Position numbers and translations under genes: made by a program
Notes under the pieces: generated by a model
Databases searched by the model: none
What the model was told of the DNA's origin: nothing
What the model saw: only the letters and a program-made list of their open reading frames with translations
Part shown: piece after piece, positions 19,701-29,386 of the stretch
How positions within the stretch are numbered: position 1 is the first letter of the stretch
How the letters are laid out: each line of letters begins with the position of its first letter
Source: Gemmatimonadales bacterium
Lineage (GTDB): Bacteria > Gemmatimonadota > Gemmatimonadetes > Gemmatimonadales > GWC2-71-9
DNA: 64,000 nucleotides
NCBI GenBank assembly: GCA_046160105.1
Contig: JBJXGT010000038.1
Coordinates: 6,837-70,836 of the forward strand
Direction: 5' to 3'

Positions 19701-19957
19701 ATCCGCTCAACTATCCGATCAAGCTCAACAATCAGATCGCCGCGTTGCTCGGCGTGGTGATGAGCTCGGAAACCAAGCCTACGGCGCAGTCGTACGAAGT
19801 CTTCACGGTGCTCTCGGGCGAGCTCGACGGGCAGCTGGCCAAACTGAAGGGCCTCCTCGACAAGGACCTGGCTCTGGTCAACGCCGAGCTGGGTCGGCTC
19901 GGACTCGCCGTCATCGCGCCGAGCCAGGTGGAAGTCGAAGAAGCGAGCGGATCATGA
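16718..19957 (+). CDS. BNR/Asp-box repeat, sortilin/Vps10-type beta-propeller protein (about 1079 aa)
   Basis: Trimmed to ATG 16718 (16724 also possible), which gives a signal peptide. Six Asp-box motifs: SLDGGDTW, STDGGKTW, SVDGGKTW, TTDGGTTW, SDDGGDTW, STDGGKTF. Confidence 0.85.
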   Translation: MPMARIVLLFIVALVAGSVTFVEGQTRIDTTAFGALSWRNIGPQRGGRSVAVAGSTSRPQEYYMGTTGGGVFKSLDGGDTWQPITDKYFGGTIGAMAVSETNPDIVYVGGGEYPIRGNTSHGDGVYKSTDGGKTWAYLGLVETRHIAKIRLHPKNPDIVYVAALGPVFSTSSPHRGVYKSVDGGKTWKNILRRPGNDSTGAVELVMDPSNPDVLYAGLWEAYRKPWLMNSGGPGSGIFKTTDGGTTWKEITRNPGLPKGLIGNIGITVSPANSKRVWAIVEADSGGVFRSDDGGDTWSQVNDERKLRQRAWYYSRIFADPKDENGVYVLNVEFWKSTDGGKTFPRPIDTHHGDYHDLWIAPNDPMRMVVGDDGGAEVTFNGGRSWTDYDYPTAQFYHVTTTNHFPYRVCGAQQDNSTVCMSSQPDPGSHHATFYDAGGGESGYIAARPDNPDIIFAGSYGGHLTRKDTKSGFERNVNPWPLNPMGHSAVDSKYRMQWTFPIVFSPHDPNTLYVGSSVVFKTTNEGESFTAISPDLTRNDPKTLGPSGGPLTRDQTSVEYYGTVFTISESPVEKGVIWTGSDDGVIAVTRNGGQSWERVTPPGLPEWARVSIIEASAHAKGTAYFAANRFQLNDFAPYLYKTADYGKTWTKITTGIIAGEFTRVIREDPVRQGLLFAGTERGVWVSFDDGGNWQSLRRNLPPVPIHDLQVKEGDVVLGTHGRGFWIMDDISSLRQVRAEIVAKDAHLFQPKDAHRTLGGVSIQYWLKRPGQKVTLDFLDSKGQVIRSYSSDPDPLWVADSLRLMAAEQVRLDSLAALGVLSESVRRPATVQRPTPFSNFEGGYRYIPLPSVPNKAGANSFRWNLRYPEAVGFRGLIMWAAGLQGPIAPPGTYSVRLTAGDKTETQTFKLLKDPRSLGSQADLDEQFAFAMRIRDKTSEANNAVRTIRNLKARIKERTGQVPSGRGVALERLVTPLVAQLSAVEAEVYQVRNRSGQDPLNYPIKLNNQIAALLGVVMSSETKPTAQSYEVFTVLSGELDGQLAKLKGLLDKDLALVNAELGRLGLAVIAPSQVEVEEASGS

Positions 19958-21021
19958 AACGAGGGACGTGGGTGGCGCTCGGGTTGGCGGTCGGCTGCGA
20001 AAAGGCCGCCGACCGCCGGGCGGAATCGGTGGTGGACGAGTCGCTTCCGCTGGCGGCCGATACGGTGGTGGTCCCGTGGAATCAAGTTCCGGAAACGGCC
20101 TGGTTGGGCGGTCGTCGGTGGGTGGCGGTGGGTGCCGAACACGACGCGGCGGTGGTGATCGACTTCGAGGCCGGCTCGGTCACGCCGTTAGGCGGGGAGA
20201 AGAACCCCGAGCTGGCCAAGCCGTTCGGGGTGTTTACGGTGGGCGATACCGCCTTCATCGCCGACTGGGGGAAGAGCCGGACTTCGAGGTGGACCGCCGC
20301 GGGACAGCTGGTCGGCTCGATCCCGGCGCCGACGGCGATCCGGGGGATTTTGCCCAAAGCGCGGGACGCGGCGGGGCAGTGGTATTTCGAGGTTCCGCCG
20401 ATCGCGGGCCCCGATGGCAGCGGCCTCAAGGACTCGGCCTTCGTCGTCCGCAGTGACGCCGGGCTCACCAAGTTCGACACCCTGGCGGGGTTGGCTCCGC
20501 TCGACGTGGCGGAGGTCACCGAGCAGCGCGGCAAACGATTCGAGCGGATGGTGTTCAGCGGCAATGACTGGTGGGGCGTCCGGCCCGACGGTCGGATCTG
20601 GATCGCCAGGGTCCGGCGCAACGAGGTGTCGACCATCGATCAGGGGAAGGAGAAGCGCGGCGAGCGACTCCCCGATCCGGTCCTCGAGGTCACTCGCGCC
20701 GATCGGCTCCAATACATCAACGGATTCCCCGAAGACCTCCGCCCGATGGCCGAGCGGCTCCCGTTCTCGCCGTTCAAGGCGAACTTCGAGCGAGCCTTCC
20801 AGGCGCCCGAGGGCCTGATCTGGCTGCGGAAGTCGAAGCACGCGGTTGACTCGGTCCGTCGCTACCAGGTCGTCGACGGCGACGGGAAGCTCCATCGGGT
20901 GTTCCTCACGATCGGGCCCGGCCTGGTCGTCGCGGCATCCAGCACGACTGCCTTGATGGCCGAACAATTCAAAGAGGGGGTGCGTTTGATGGAGGTACGC
21001 TTGCCCTCAGTGGTTCGATGA
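19954..21021 (+). CDS. lipoprotein, unknown function
   Basis: ATG 19954 overlaps the upstream stop (ATGA). Lipobox in MKRGTWVALGLAVGC. No family recognised. Confidence 0.65.
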   Translation: MKRGTWVALGLAVGCEKAADRRAESVVDESLPLAADTVVVPWNQVPETAWLGGRRWVAVGAEHDAAVVIDFEAGSVTPLGGEKNPELAKPFGVFTVGDTAFIADWGKSRTSRWTAAGQLVGSIPAPTAIRGILPKARDAAGQWYFEVPPIAGPDGSGLKDSAFVVRSDAGLTKFDTLAGLAPLDVAEVTEQRGKRFERMVFSGNDWWGVRPDGRIWIARVRRNEVSTIDQGKEKRGERLPDPVLEVTRADRLQYINGFPEDLRPMAERLPFSPFKANFERAFQAPEGLIWLRKSKHAVDSVRRYQVVDGDGKLHRVFLTIGPGLVVAASSTTALMAEQFKEGVRLMEVRLPSVVR

Positions 21022-22658
21022 GGCGTTTCGGCTGGTTGGTCGGGTCGGTGGTGATCGCGGCGGGGTGCCAAGGGGGCGCGGGGTCGGCGATCGTGCTGCA
21101 CAACGGCAAGGTGTTCACCGGAAATCCGACCGCTCCCTGGGCTCAAGCGGTGCTGATCGTGGGTGATCGGATCAGCCAAGTCGGCGGCAACGACGAGGTG
21201 CTCGCCGCGGCTCCCCGAGGGGCGCGCCGGGTCGACGTCGGGCAGCGGCCGGTGATTCCCGGTCTCAACGACGCGCACGACCACATCACCGCGGCGTTGC
21301 CGGCGCGAGTGGTGACGATGTCGAACGATCCCACGCCTGATCCGACCGGCAACGAGGTTCGGGACAGCATCGCGGCGGCGGCCCAGCGGTTCCCCGCGGG
21401 GACCCGGTTCCGGGTCAGCGTGGGCGAGCTGACCTTGTCCGATTCCCGGATTCGCCGGCCGCTGCTCGACCGGATCGCGCCGAACCACCCGGTGGAAATC
21501 GTCGCCTGGAGCGGTCACGGCATGATCCTCAACACCGCGGCGCTCACCGCCGCCGGGATCGCCGATTCGACTCCCGATCCGATCGGCGGCCGGTTCGAGC
21601 GCGACCCCGCCGGCCGATTGACCGGCTTGCTCGAAGAGTACGCCGGCTACAACGCCGCCGCGGCGGTCACCGAGCGCACCGATTCGGCCACGCTCGCCGC
21701 GTTCAACGAACGAGCCGCGATGGCGGTCCGCTGGGGCATCACCAGCATACAGAACATGACGCTCGGGGTCGATCCGGAGGTGATGCGCCGGATCGCGTCC
21801 CGACTCGACCTGCCGGTGCGGCTCCGGTTGATCCGATTCCCGCTGACGACCAAGTCGGGCGTTGAGCGGGGCGCGTTGAATGGATTGACCGTCGGTGCTG
21901 GCGTTCGGGTCTCGGGAATCAAGTGGATCGTTGATGGCACCCCGGTGGAACGGTTGGCCGCGTTGCGGGCGCCGTACTCGGATGCGCCCAACGGGTTCGG
22001 GCGGATCAACATCCCCGCCGACACGCTGCGGGCGCTGCTGGCCGAAGCGGTGGCGGCGAACGAGCAGCCCCATCTCCATGCGGTCGGCGACAGCGCGATC
22101 GGTCTGTCGCTCTCGCTGCTCGAGGCCGTCGCGCCCGACTCGGTGTGGCGGCGGATTCGTCCCCGGATCGAGCATGGCGATGGCCTGGCCGCGGATCAGC
22201 TGGAGCGTGCCAAGCGGCTCGGGGTGATCGTAGTTCAGAATCCGAGCCATTTTGCCCTCGGACCGCTCGCGGTCCGCCGGTATGGGGCGGCCCGGATGGT
22301 CGGATTCCAGCCGGCCCAATCACTGGTCCGAAACGGGATTCCGTTCGCGCTCGGATCCGATGGTCCGCCGAATCCGTTCCTCAATATCTTCCTCGCCACG
22401 ATCCACCCGGACAACCCGGCCGAGGCGCTGACGGTCGAGCAGGCAGTCACGGCCTACACGGCGACGTCGGCGTTCGCGGAGCATCAGGAGACCGAGAAGG
22501 GGCGAATCATGGTCGGTCAACTGGCCGACCTGGCGGTGCTGTCGCAGGACATCTTCTCGGTGCCCAAGCCGACTCTTCCAGGCACGGTGAGCGTGCTCAC
22601 CCTGCTGGGCGGGCGGGCGGTACGGGACAGCCTGGGCTGGCTCGGTCCGCCGCGCTAG
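21018..22658 (+). CDS. metal-dependent amidohydrolase (Amidohydro_3/YtcJ-like)
   Basis: HxH motif NDAHDHI and later HLHAVGD. 546 aa. ATGA overlap with the upstream lipoprotein gene. Confidence 0.85.
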   Translation: MRRFGWLVGSVVIAAGCQGGAGSAIVLHNGKVFTGNPTAPWAQAVLIVGDRISQVGGNDEVLAAAPRGARRVDVGQRPVIPGLNDAHDHITAALPARVVTMSNDPTPDPTGNEVRDSIAAAAQRFPAGTRFRVSVGELTLSDSRIRRPLLDRIAPNHPVEIVAWSGHGMILNTAALTAAGIADSTPDPIGGRFERDPAGRLTGLLEEYAGYNAAAAVTERTDSATLAAFNERAAMAVRWGITSIQNMTLGVDPEVMRRIASRLDLPVRLRLIRFPLTTKSGVERGALNGLTVGAGVRVSGIKWIVDGTPVERLAALRAPYSDAPNGFGRINIPADTLRALLAEAVAANEQPHLHAVGDSAIGLSLSLLEAVAPDSVWRRIRPRIEHGDGLAADQLERAKRLGVIVVQNPSHFALGPLAVRRYGAARMVGFQPAQSLVRNGIPFALGSDGPPNPFLNIFLATIHPDNPAEALTVEQAVTAYTATSAFAEHQETEKGRIMVGQLADLAVLSQDIFSVPKPTLPGTVSVLTLLGGRAVRDSLGWLGPPR

Positions 22659-22783
22659 CAGCGGGGGGCGATTGGGTTGGCTGGTTGAGTGCCCCGGGTG
22701 CCCGAGGGGGCTGCGACGCTTCCGCTTTGCCGGTCCGGCGGGTAATCTCCATCCCTTCCGCCGCACAATACGAGGAGAGTCTC

Positions 22784-23242
22784 ATGGCGACCATCACCGT
22801 CAACGGTCAGGCGAGAGAGGTCACCGCCGATCCGTCGATGCCGCTCTTGTGGGTCCTGCGCGACGTTCTCGGCCTGACCGGGACCAAGTACGGGTGCGGG
22901 ATCGCCCAGTGCGGGGCCTGTACCGTCCATCTCGACGGCAAACCGGTCCGTTCCTGCAGCGTGCCCTTGTCGGCCGTCGGGACCAAGCCGGTCGCGACGA
23001 TCGAGGGCCTGTCACCCGACGGGACCGACGCCGTGCAGCAGGCCTGGGTGGAGTTGCAGGTGCCCCAGTGTGGCTACTGCCAGAGCGGTCAGATCATGTC
23101 GGCCGTGTCGCTGATTCAGGTCAAGCCGAACCCGACCGATGCGGACATCGATCAGGCGATGAACGGCAACATCTGCCGCTGCGGCACCTACCAGCGGATT
23201 CGGGCGGCGATTCACCGGGCCGCCGAAATCAAGCGAGGGTAG
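22784..23242 (+). CDS. [2Fe-2S]-binding small subunit of a xanthine dehydrogenase/aldehyde oxidase-family Mo-hydroxylase
   Basis: Trimmed to ATG 22784 with GAGGAG 6 nt upstream. Cys clusters [11 protein letters not shown] and CGYCQSG...CRCGTY. Confidence 0.9.
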   Translation: MATITVNGQAREVTADPSMPLLWVLRDVLGLTGTKYGCGIAQCGACTVHLDGKPVRSCSVPLSAVGTKPVATIEGLSPDGTDAVQQAWVELQVPQCGYCQSGQIMSAVSLIQVKPNPTDADIDQAMNGNICRCGTYQRIRAAIHRAAEIKRG

Positions 23243-23246
23243 CCGA

Positions 23247-25385
23247 ATGACTCACTCGACATTCTCGCGCCGTGATTTCGTCCGGGTCGGCCTCGCGGCT
23301 GGCGGTGGACTCCTGGTCTTTGCCGGCTGCGGCCCGAAGGGCGGGGTGCCGATCGCGGGCGCCGGGCCGTTCGCCCCCAACCCGTTCCTCCGACTCGATC
23401 CGGATGGGTCGGTCACCATCTTTGCCAAGCATCTCGAGATGGGCCAGGGGACCTACACCGGCCTCGCGACGCTGATCGCCGAGGAGATGGATGCCGACTG
23501 GAGCAAGATCAAGGTCGAGGGCGCTCCCAACGACACCGAGAAGTACAAGAACCTCGCCTTTGGGATGATGGGCACCGGGGGCTCGAGCGCGATCGCCAAT
23601 TCGTGGGAGCAACACCGGAAGGCCGGTGCCTCGGCTCGGGCCGTGCTCCTGGCGGCCGCCGCCAAGCAGTGGGGCGTGACGGTTGCCGAGCTGACCACCG
23701 AGCCGGGCGTCGTGACTCACATCAAGAGCGACCGCCGGGCCCCGTACGGGACCCTGGCGGGTGCGGCGGCGGGGATGCCGGTGCCGGAGACCGTGGCCCT
23801 CAAGGACCCCAAGGACTTCCGCTACATCGGCAAGGATACCGGGACGCTCCGTCCCGACGCGAAGCCGAAGAGCACCGGGAAGGCGACCTTCACCCAGGAC
23901 GTCCAACTCGACGGGCTGCTCACCGCGGTCGTGGCCCATCCGCCGCTGTTCGGCGCCACGGTGAAATCGTTCGACGCGACCAAGGCCAAGGCCGTCACCG
24001 GGGTCAGCGACGTGGTGCAGATCCCGACCGGGGTGGCCGTGTTGGCGGTCAACTTCTGGGCCGCGAAGCAGGGTCGCGACGCCCTCACCGTGGAATGGGA
24101 CACCAGCGCCGCGAACACCATGGGCACGGCCGAGGTGATGGCCGAGCTCAAGAGTCTCACCGGGAAACCGGGCTCCGAGGTCCGCAAGGACGGCGACGCG
24201 GAGAAGGCGTTAGGCGAGGCGGCCAAGTCGATCGAGGCCACCTACGAGTTCCCGTTCCTCGCTCACGCCTCGATGGAGCCGCTCAACTGCGTCGTCCAGC
24301 TCAAGCCGGATGGTTGCGAGCTGTGGTACGGGGCTCAGTTCCAGACTCCCGACACCGGAGCGGTCGCCGCGTTCACCGGTCTCAAACCGGAGCAGATCAA
24401 GATCAACATGCTCTACGCCGGTGGGAGCTTCGGGCGCCGGGCCAACGGCAAGGCCGATTACATCATGGAAGCGGTGACGATCGCCAAGGCCATCAACGGT
24501 CAGGCCCCGGTCAAGCTGGTCTGGACTCGAGAGGACGACACGGCCGCCGGGTACTTCCGGCCCGCCTTCGTTCACAAGATCAAAGGAGGCCTCGACGCGG
24601 CCGGCAATCCGGTGGCGTGGTGGCACCGGATCGCGGGGCAGTCGACCACCGCGGGCACGCCCCTCGATCCCCCGGACGGGAAGGACGGCGCGGCGCACGA
24701 GGGGGTCAGCGACCATCCGTACACCGTCCCGAACGTGACGGTCGACGTCCACTGGCCCAAGATCGGAATCCCGGTTCAGTGGTGGCGGTCGGTGGGACAC
24801 ACCCACACGGCCTTTGCCATGGAGATGTTCGTCGACGAGCTGGCCCGGGCGGCCGGGAAGGACCCGCTCGAGTTCCGGCGCGGCTTACTGACCAAGGACC
24901 CGCGCCGCCTCGCGGTGCTCAACCTCGCGGCCGAGAAGGCGGGTTGGGGCACCCCGCTGCCGGCGGGTCGGGCCCGGGGGATCGCGGTCCACAAGTCGTT
25001 CAACACCTATGTCGCCGAGGTGGCCGAAGTGTCCCTGGTGGGTGGCCGGCCCAAAGTGCACCGGGTGGTGTGCGCGGTCGACTGCGGCATCGCGGTCAAC
25101 CCGGACGTGATCCGGGCCCAGATGGAGGGCGGGATCGCCTACGGCCTTTCCGCCGCGCTGTACGGGCAGATCGCGATCGACAAGGGCAAGGTCGTGAGCA
25201 CCAACTTCGACAGCTACCGGGTGCTTCGAATGAGCGAGATGCCGGCCGTCGAGGTGCACATCATGCCATCAACCGAGGCCCCCACCGGCGTTGGTGAGCC
25301 GGGCCTGCCGCCGATCGGACCCGCGGTGGCGAACGCGGTGGCGGTGTTGACGGGGAGGCCGGTGCGGAGGGCGCCGCTGGTGTAG
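23247..25385 (+). CDS. molybdopterin-binding large subunit (IorB/aldehyde oxidase-like), Tat-exported
   Basis: Tat motif [15 protein letters not shown]. Family blocks GGSFGRRA and [17 protein letters not shown]. Starts 4 nt after the small-subunit gene. Confidence 0.88.
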   Translation: MTHSTFSRRDFVRVGLAAGGGLLVFAGCGPKGGVPIAGAGPFAPNPFLRLDPDGSVTIFAKHLEMGQGTYTGLATLIAEEMDADWSKIKVEGAPNDTEKYKNLAFGMMGTGGSSAIANSWEQHRKAGASARAVLLAAAAKQWGVTVAELTTEPGVVTHIKSDRRAPYGTLAGAAAGMPVPETVALKDPKDFRYIGKDTGTLRPDAKPKSTGKATFTQDVQLDGLLTAVVAHPPLFGATVKSFDATKAKAVTGVSDVVQIPTGVAVLAVNFWAAKQGRDALTVEWDTSAANTMGTAEVMAELKSLTGKPGSEVRKDGDAEKALGEAAKSIEATYEFPFLAHASMEPLNCVVQLKPDGCELWYGAQFQTPDTGAVAAFTGLKPEQIKINMLYAGGSFGRRANGKADYIMEAVTIAKAINGQAPVKLVWTREDDTAAGYFRPAFVHKIKGGLDAAGNPVAWWHRIAGQSTTAGTPLDPPDGKDGAAHEGVSDHPYTVPNVTVDVHWPKIGIPVQWWRSVGHTHTAFAMEMFVDELARAAGKDPLEFRRGLLTKDPRRLAVLNLAAEKAGWGTPLPAGRARGIAVHKSFNTYVAEVAEVSLVGGRPKVHRVVCAVDCGIAVNPDVIRAQMEGGIAYGLSAALYGQIAIDKGKVVSTNFDSYRVLRMSEMPAVEVHIMPSTEAPTGVGEPGLPPIGPAVANAVAVLTGRPVRRAPLV

Positions 25386-25390
25386 GATTC

Positions 25391-25501
25391 AGGACTCAAG
25401 ACTCAGGACTCAAGACTCAAGGGTGGTGAGGGGCGGCCGGGGTGCGAAACCCGGCCGCTTCGTCTTGAGTCCTGAGTCTTGAGTCTTGAGTCTTGAGTCC
25501 T
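25391..25501. repeat. inverted arrays of a 7-nt tandem repeat (4 copies vs 5 copies) flanking a GC hairpin
   Basis: Left arm is AGG plus ACTCAAG, ACTCAGG, ACTCAAG, ACTCAAG (25391-25421). Right arm is CTTGAGT, CCTGAGT, then CTTGAGT x3, plus CCT (25464-25501), the reverse complement of the left unit. Confidence 0.85.
25433..25466 (+). terminator. intrinsic-terminator-like hairpin after the Mo-hydroxylase genes
   Basis: Perfect 9-bp stem GCGGCCGGG (25433-25441) / CCCGGCCGC (25450-25458) with an 8-nt loop, followed by TTCGTCTT. Confidence 0.55.
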
Positions 25502-26768
25502 ACGCCTTGCCCCCAGCCCGGCGCGGCTCCAGCACCAACGTCGCCGCCAACGCTCCCGCCACGTTCACCGGGGTTCGCGCCATGCCGAGCAGCGGCTCGA
25601 CCCCGAGCACCAATCCGATCGCCCCCGGCGGTACGCCCACCCCCGCGACCACCGTGGCGAGGAGGGGGACGATGCCGCTGGGGATTCCTCCGGCCGCGAT
25701 CGCGGTGACCGTCGCCAACCCGATCACGCTGAGCACCCCGCCGGCGGTTACCCCGAGGCCGATCACCTGGGCGAGAAACAACGCCGTCGCCGCCGTGAAG
25801 GCCGAAGTGCCGGCCCGGCTCAGCGTCGCCCCGAGGGGAATGACGAAACTGGCGATCGACGGCGTGGCGGCCAGCCCCTCGCGGGCGACCCGGATCGTGG
25901 TCGGCAGGGTGGCGTTGGAGCTGGCGGTGGCGAAGGCGGTGACCAAGGCCGGGCGGCTCGCGGCGAAGAAGGCCCCCGGCCGCACCCGGGTCCGGAACCG
26001 GAGCAACGCCGGGAGAAAGACGCCCACTACCACGGCGAGGCTCGCGAGAACCACGAGGACGAAGTAGAGCAACGGAAGCAGGAGCTCCCAGCCGAACCGG
26101 CCCAGATTGGCGAAGGCGAGTCCGAAGACACCGAGCGGGGCCACCTTCATCACCAGCCGAACCATCGCGCCGCAGACCTCCCCGAGCGCGTCGAGAAACC
26201 GGTGGAGCGGAGCCGCGACGGCCGTCGGGAGACTGGTCAGGGCGGCGCCGAAGAGGAGCGTGAACACCAGGAAGGGCAGCAGGTCGCCGCGGGCCGCCGT
26301 GGCGAAGACGTTGGTCGGGATCAGGCCGACGATCGCGTCGAGCCCGATCGCCGTCGCGTGCCCGGGGCCGCCGGCACCAGCCGCTAACTGTTCGCGGAGC
26401 CGATCCCCGACGATCTCGCCGGGCCGAAACCCGAGAACCAATCCCGCCCCAGTCACCGCGCCGGTCAACGCCAGACCGAGATAGAGCCCCACGGTTCGGA
26501 TCCCGAGCCGGCCGACCTCGCGGAGACCGCCGAGCGCCATCATCCCGGTGGTCACCGTGGCGAACACCAGCGGAATGACCACCATCAGCAGCGATCGGAG
26601 AAAGATCTGCCCGATCGGCTCGGCGACGTTGGCGAGCACCCAGTCGAGGCGAGTCGATCCCCGCCAGACCACGTTGGCGGCCACCCCGAGCCCCGCCCCC
26701 GCCAGGAAGCCGACCAGGATGGGGAGATGGTCCGATCGGGCTCGCACGGGCGTTTCAGGGGAGCTCAT
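25500..26768 (-). CDS. dicarboxylate/amino acid:cation symporter (DAACS family)
   Basis: 422 aa polytopic protein with the SSNATLP motif and overall sodium:dicarboxylate symporter layout. ATGA overlap with the upstream oxidase gene. Confidence 0.85.
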   Translation of the reverse strand: MSSPETPVRARSDHLPILVGFLAGAGLGVAANVVWRGSTRLDWVLANVAEPIGQIFLRSLLMVVIPLVFATVTTGMMALGGLREVGRLGIRTVGLYLGLALTGAVTGAGLVLGFRPGEIVGDRLREQLAAGAGGPGHATAIGLDAIVGLIPTNVFATAARGDLLPFLVFTLLFGAALTSLPTAVAAPLHRFLDALGEVCGAMVRLVMKVAPLGVFGLAFANLGRFGWELLLPLLYFVLVVLASLAVVVGVFLPALLRFRTRVRPGAFFAASRPALVTAFATASSNATLPTTIRVAREGLAATPSIASFVIPLGATLSRAGTSAFTAATALFLAQVIGLGVTAGGVLSVIGLATVTAIAAGGIPSGIVPLLATVVAGVGVPPGAIGLVLGVEPLLGMARTPVNVAGALAATLVLEPRRAGGKA

Positions 26769-27904
26769 CGGAACCGGTCGAGCCGAAAGGCCGACAGGTC
26801 GACCCGCGGCACCTCGTCAGCCGCTAGTTGGGCCACCGCCTCACCGATCGCGGCCGCGTACTTGAAGCCGTGGCCCGAGCAGGGACTCACGACGAGTACC
26901 GCTGGATGCTCGGGATGTCGGTCGATGATGAAGTGCAGGTCCGGGGTGTTGGTGTAGACGCAGGTGCGAGCCCGAACGAACCGGCCCGCCGCCGACGGCA
27001 TGTGGCGTTCGAGCGCCACCCGGATCGGGGCGATGTCGCGATCGTCGACCTCTCGGCGGACGGTGTCGACCGTGGTGGCCTCCCCGCCGTGGTGGCGAGC
27101 CACCTTGATCCCGTCGCCCCAGAGTGGCACCCCATAGAGCGTGAAGTCGGGGCCCAGTTCCCACAGGTAGATGGGACAGTGGTCCGCGTCGAAGCGCTCG
27201 GCGTGGTCGCGGGGCGCGAACCAGAGGAGGACCTGGCGCTCGACCGCGAGCGGCAGTGACGGCAGCAGACCGGGCAGCCAGGCCCCGGTGGCGAGGACCA
27301 ACTTGTCGGCGGCGTAGCGGCTTCGGCTGGTCGCCACCTCGACACCGCCGGGGCCGGCCCGCCAGGAGAGCAGCGGCTCGTCGAACCGGAAATCGGCGCC
27401 GAAGCGACGGGCTTGGTCGAGTTGGGCTTCGACACACGGCTCGGCGAACAACATGCCCGCTCGGGCCTCGTAAACGCCGACCATGTCCGCGGAGGGGGCG
27501 AAGGCCGGGAACCGACGGGTGACCTCCGCGGCGTCGACCACCTCGATCGGCAGATCGAACTCGCGAGCCGTCGCGATCGCGCCGGCTATGGCCGGGCCCT
27601 CGGGCGACCCCATCATCATCCGGCCGGTGATCCGAAGCAGCGAACGACCTGATTCCCGCTCCAGCTCCTCCCAGAGGTCGAAGGCCCGTTGGAGGAGGGG
27701 GACGTAGCCGGGGCTCTCGTAGATAGCCTGGCGGATGTTGCGGGTCTCGCCATGAGACGACCCGTGATCGTGGGGCGGGTGGAACCGATCGAGGCCGATC
27801 ACCCTGAGTCCCCGCCGGGCGGCGTGATGGGCCACCGCGCTCCCCATGACACCGAGGCCCGCGACCAGGACATCGCAGCGCGTCAATGCGGTCGGCACGG
27901 GCAC
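26765..27904 (-). CDS. FAD-dependent amine oxidase (monomeric sarcosine oxidase / N-methyltryptophan oxidase-like)
   Basis: Trimmed from ORF 26765..28402 to GTG 27904 (27898 also possible). DVLVAGLGVMGSAVA dinucleotide fold. SPCSGHGFK contains the Cys used for covalent FAD in MSOX/MTOX. Confidence 0.82.
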   Translation of the reverse strand: MPVPTALTRCDVLVAGLGVMGSAVAHHAARRGLRVIGLDRFHPPHDHGSSHGETRNIRQAIYESPGYVPLLQRAFDLWEELERESGRSLLRITGRMMMGSPEGPAIAGAIATAREFDLPIEVVDAAEVTRRFPAFAPSADMVGVYEARAGMLFAEPCVEAQLDQARRFGADFRFDEPLLSWRAGPGGVEVATSRSRYAADKLVLATGAWLPGLLPSLPLAVERQVLLWFAPRDHAERFDADHCPIYLWELGPDFTLYGVPLWGDGIKVARHHGGEATTVDTVRREVDDRDIAPIRVALERHMPSAAGRFVRARTCVYTNTPDLHFIIDRHPEHPAVLVVSPCSGHGFKYAAAIGEAVAQLAADEVPRVDLSAFRLDRFR

Positions 27905-27924
27905 CTCGCGCGTTCGGGACCCGA

Positions 27925-28332
27925 CTACGTCCGCACCGTCCAGGCCTTCCGAATCAGCCCGCCACGAATCTCGTACATCCAGGTCGCATGGTTTCGTTCG
28001 CCGGGCTTGGCGTCCCAGACTTCGTACTCCACCACGAACGCGCCGTCGACAATTCTCGGTTCCACTCGGACCGGCGGCATCGCGGGTCCGGCGAACATGC
28101 CGGCATATCGTGCGCGGATGGCGGCCTTGCCCTGCCAGAGGACCTTGCCCGAGGGGAATTCGTGGACGACGGCGTCGTCGGCGTAGAGGGCCATGAACCC
28201 GTCGATGTCCTTCTGGTTGAAGGTCTCGATCTGGCGCCGGGCCACAGCGGTCGGGGTGGTGTCGCGCACTGCTTGCGCGCCAAGGTTCGAGGAGATCGCG
28301 ACGAGCGCCGCGGCGAGGGCGAGGCTTCTCAT
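27925..28332 (-). CDS. secreted NTF2/SnoaL-like protein
   Basis: Trimmed to ATG 28332 (MRSLALAAALVAISSNLGAQA). ETFNQKDIDGFMALYADDAVVHEF is typical of SnoaL-like folds. ATGA overlap with the upstream gene. Confidence 0.65.
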   Translation of the reverse strand: MRSLALAAALVAISSNLGAQAVRDTTPTAVARRQIETFNQKDIDGFMALYADDAVVHEFPSGKVLWQGKAAIRARYAGMFAGPAMPPVRVEPRIVDGAFVVEYEVWDAKPGERNHATWMYEIRGGLIRKAWTVRT

Positions 28333-29363
28333 GGTTTCTCTCGATCCTTGAGCTGGTGAAGTTGATCGTCGAGCCGTTCCGGCAAACCCAGGGTGTCGGC
28401 AATCTTGGCGAGAGACTCGGCGTCGCGCCAGGCGGCTTCGAGCTCGAGGAGTTCGCCGGCGAGCCAGACCCGCTCGGTCTCTTCGTGGGCGGCCATTTCC
28501 AGCGCCAGACTTAGCTCTTTGGGCTGGCGTCCGAGCTCGCGTTGCCCCGCGAACTTGGCTCCGGCCACCCGTTTCGCCAAAGTAGCGAAGTGGGTCGTGG
28601 GGTCTGTGAGGCCGTCGAGTAAGCGGGCTGCCTCGCTCACCACCCGACGGCTGCCCCCGGTCGCGTTGACTTTGGGGAGTATTCTCCCCGCGGCCCTGAG
28701 AGCGGCATCGCCCTCCAGCCGATGAAAGCCCTGGCCATGTGTCCGGATGATCACGGTTCCAATGCGATGAGGGACCAACAGAATGGGCTGGTCGGATTGG
28801 GGGTCCCGCGCCAACTGGGCATTGGCGACTTGGGCTGGCACCAGGTGGATCGGCCGCTGATCTGGTCCGTCGATCGTCACCGAGGTTCGCCGGGACCAGT
28901 AGAAGATCCAGCTGTTGGAGAGGAGCTGGAACGCCGTCCCGATCCCGGCGATGCCAGCCAACCATGGGGCGGCGACCAACCCCACGACCGCAGTCGTCGC
29001 GGCGGCGCCGAGCAGGGCGTTCCGTCGCCGGCGCCGGCCGAACTGATCACCGTAGCGCCACGCCGCAAACTCCGGCCGAAGCGGCGCCCCGATTCGCACG
29101 AGCTCGAGTCCCTCGGCCAGCCGGGCCAGGCCGATGTGGTCGGTCCCGAAGCGGCGGCTGGTGTCGCGGTAGGCCTTCTCGCATGCTTCGATCGCCTCCC
29201 ACCGCTCGTCGAACGGGGTCAGGTTCCACCGCTCGCATCTACGACAGACGACCCAGAGCCGTCCGTTCGGCTGGTCGAAGGCGAGCCGTCGGCCGATCGG
29301 CAGCGCTTCGATTTCGCGGTTGGCGCCGAGGTCGGCGTGGCAGAAGAGGCAGGTGCGATACAT
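28329..29363 (-). CDS. zinc-ribbon membrane protein, unknown function
   Basis: Trimmed to ATG 29363. N-terminal CLFC...CRRC zinc ribbon, central hydrophobic pair (ALLGAAATTAVVGLVAAPWLAGIAGIGTAF), and an acidic helical C-terminus. Confidence 0.6.
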   Translation of the reverse strand: MYRTCLFCHADLGANREIEALPIGRRLAFDQPNGRLWVVCRRCERWNLTPFDERWEAIEACEKAYRDTSRRFGTDHIGLARLAEGLELVRIGAPLRPEFAAWRYGDQFGRRRRRNALLGAAATTAVVGLVAAPWLAGIAGIGTAFQLLSNSWIFYWSRRTSVTIDGPDQRPIHLVPAQVANAQLARDPQSDQPILLVPHRIGTVIIRTHGQGFHRLEGDAALRAAGRILPKVNATGGSRRVVSEAARLLDGLTDPTTHFATLAKRVAGAKFAGQRELGRQPKELSLALEMAAHEETERVWLAGELLELEAAWRDAESLAKIADTLGLPERLDDQLHQLKDREKP

Positions 29364-29386
29364 GGCCGCCCCGAGGGCGCCGGGGG

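Noticed and set aside
22659-22783. 125-nt leader upstream of the Mo-hydroxylase genes, considered as a possible Moco riboswitch
   Set aside because: I cannot reproduce the Moco motif consensus from the sequence by eye. Only an Rfam/Infernal scan could support it, so it is not reported as a feature.
25391-25501. CRISPR-like or tandem-repeat array
   Set aside because: The repeat unit is only 7 nt with no spacers, and the two arrays are inverted relative to each other. The structure is a hairpin or terminator-like element, not a CRISPR array.
26765-28402. Long N-terminal extensions of several ORFs (for example 26765-28402, 60097-62481, 4608-6767, 16586-19957, 22145-23242)
   Set aside because: The extensions are Arg/Gly/Pro-rich, overlap upstream genes, and precede internal starts that give canonical N-termini (GxGxxG fold, signal peptides, RBS). 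I trimmed these ORFs to the internal starts.
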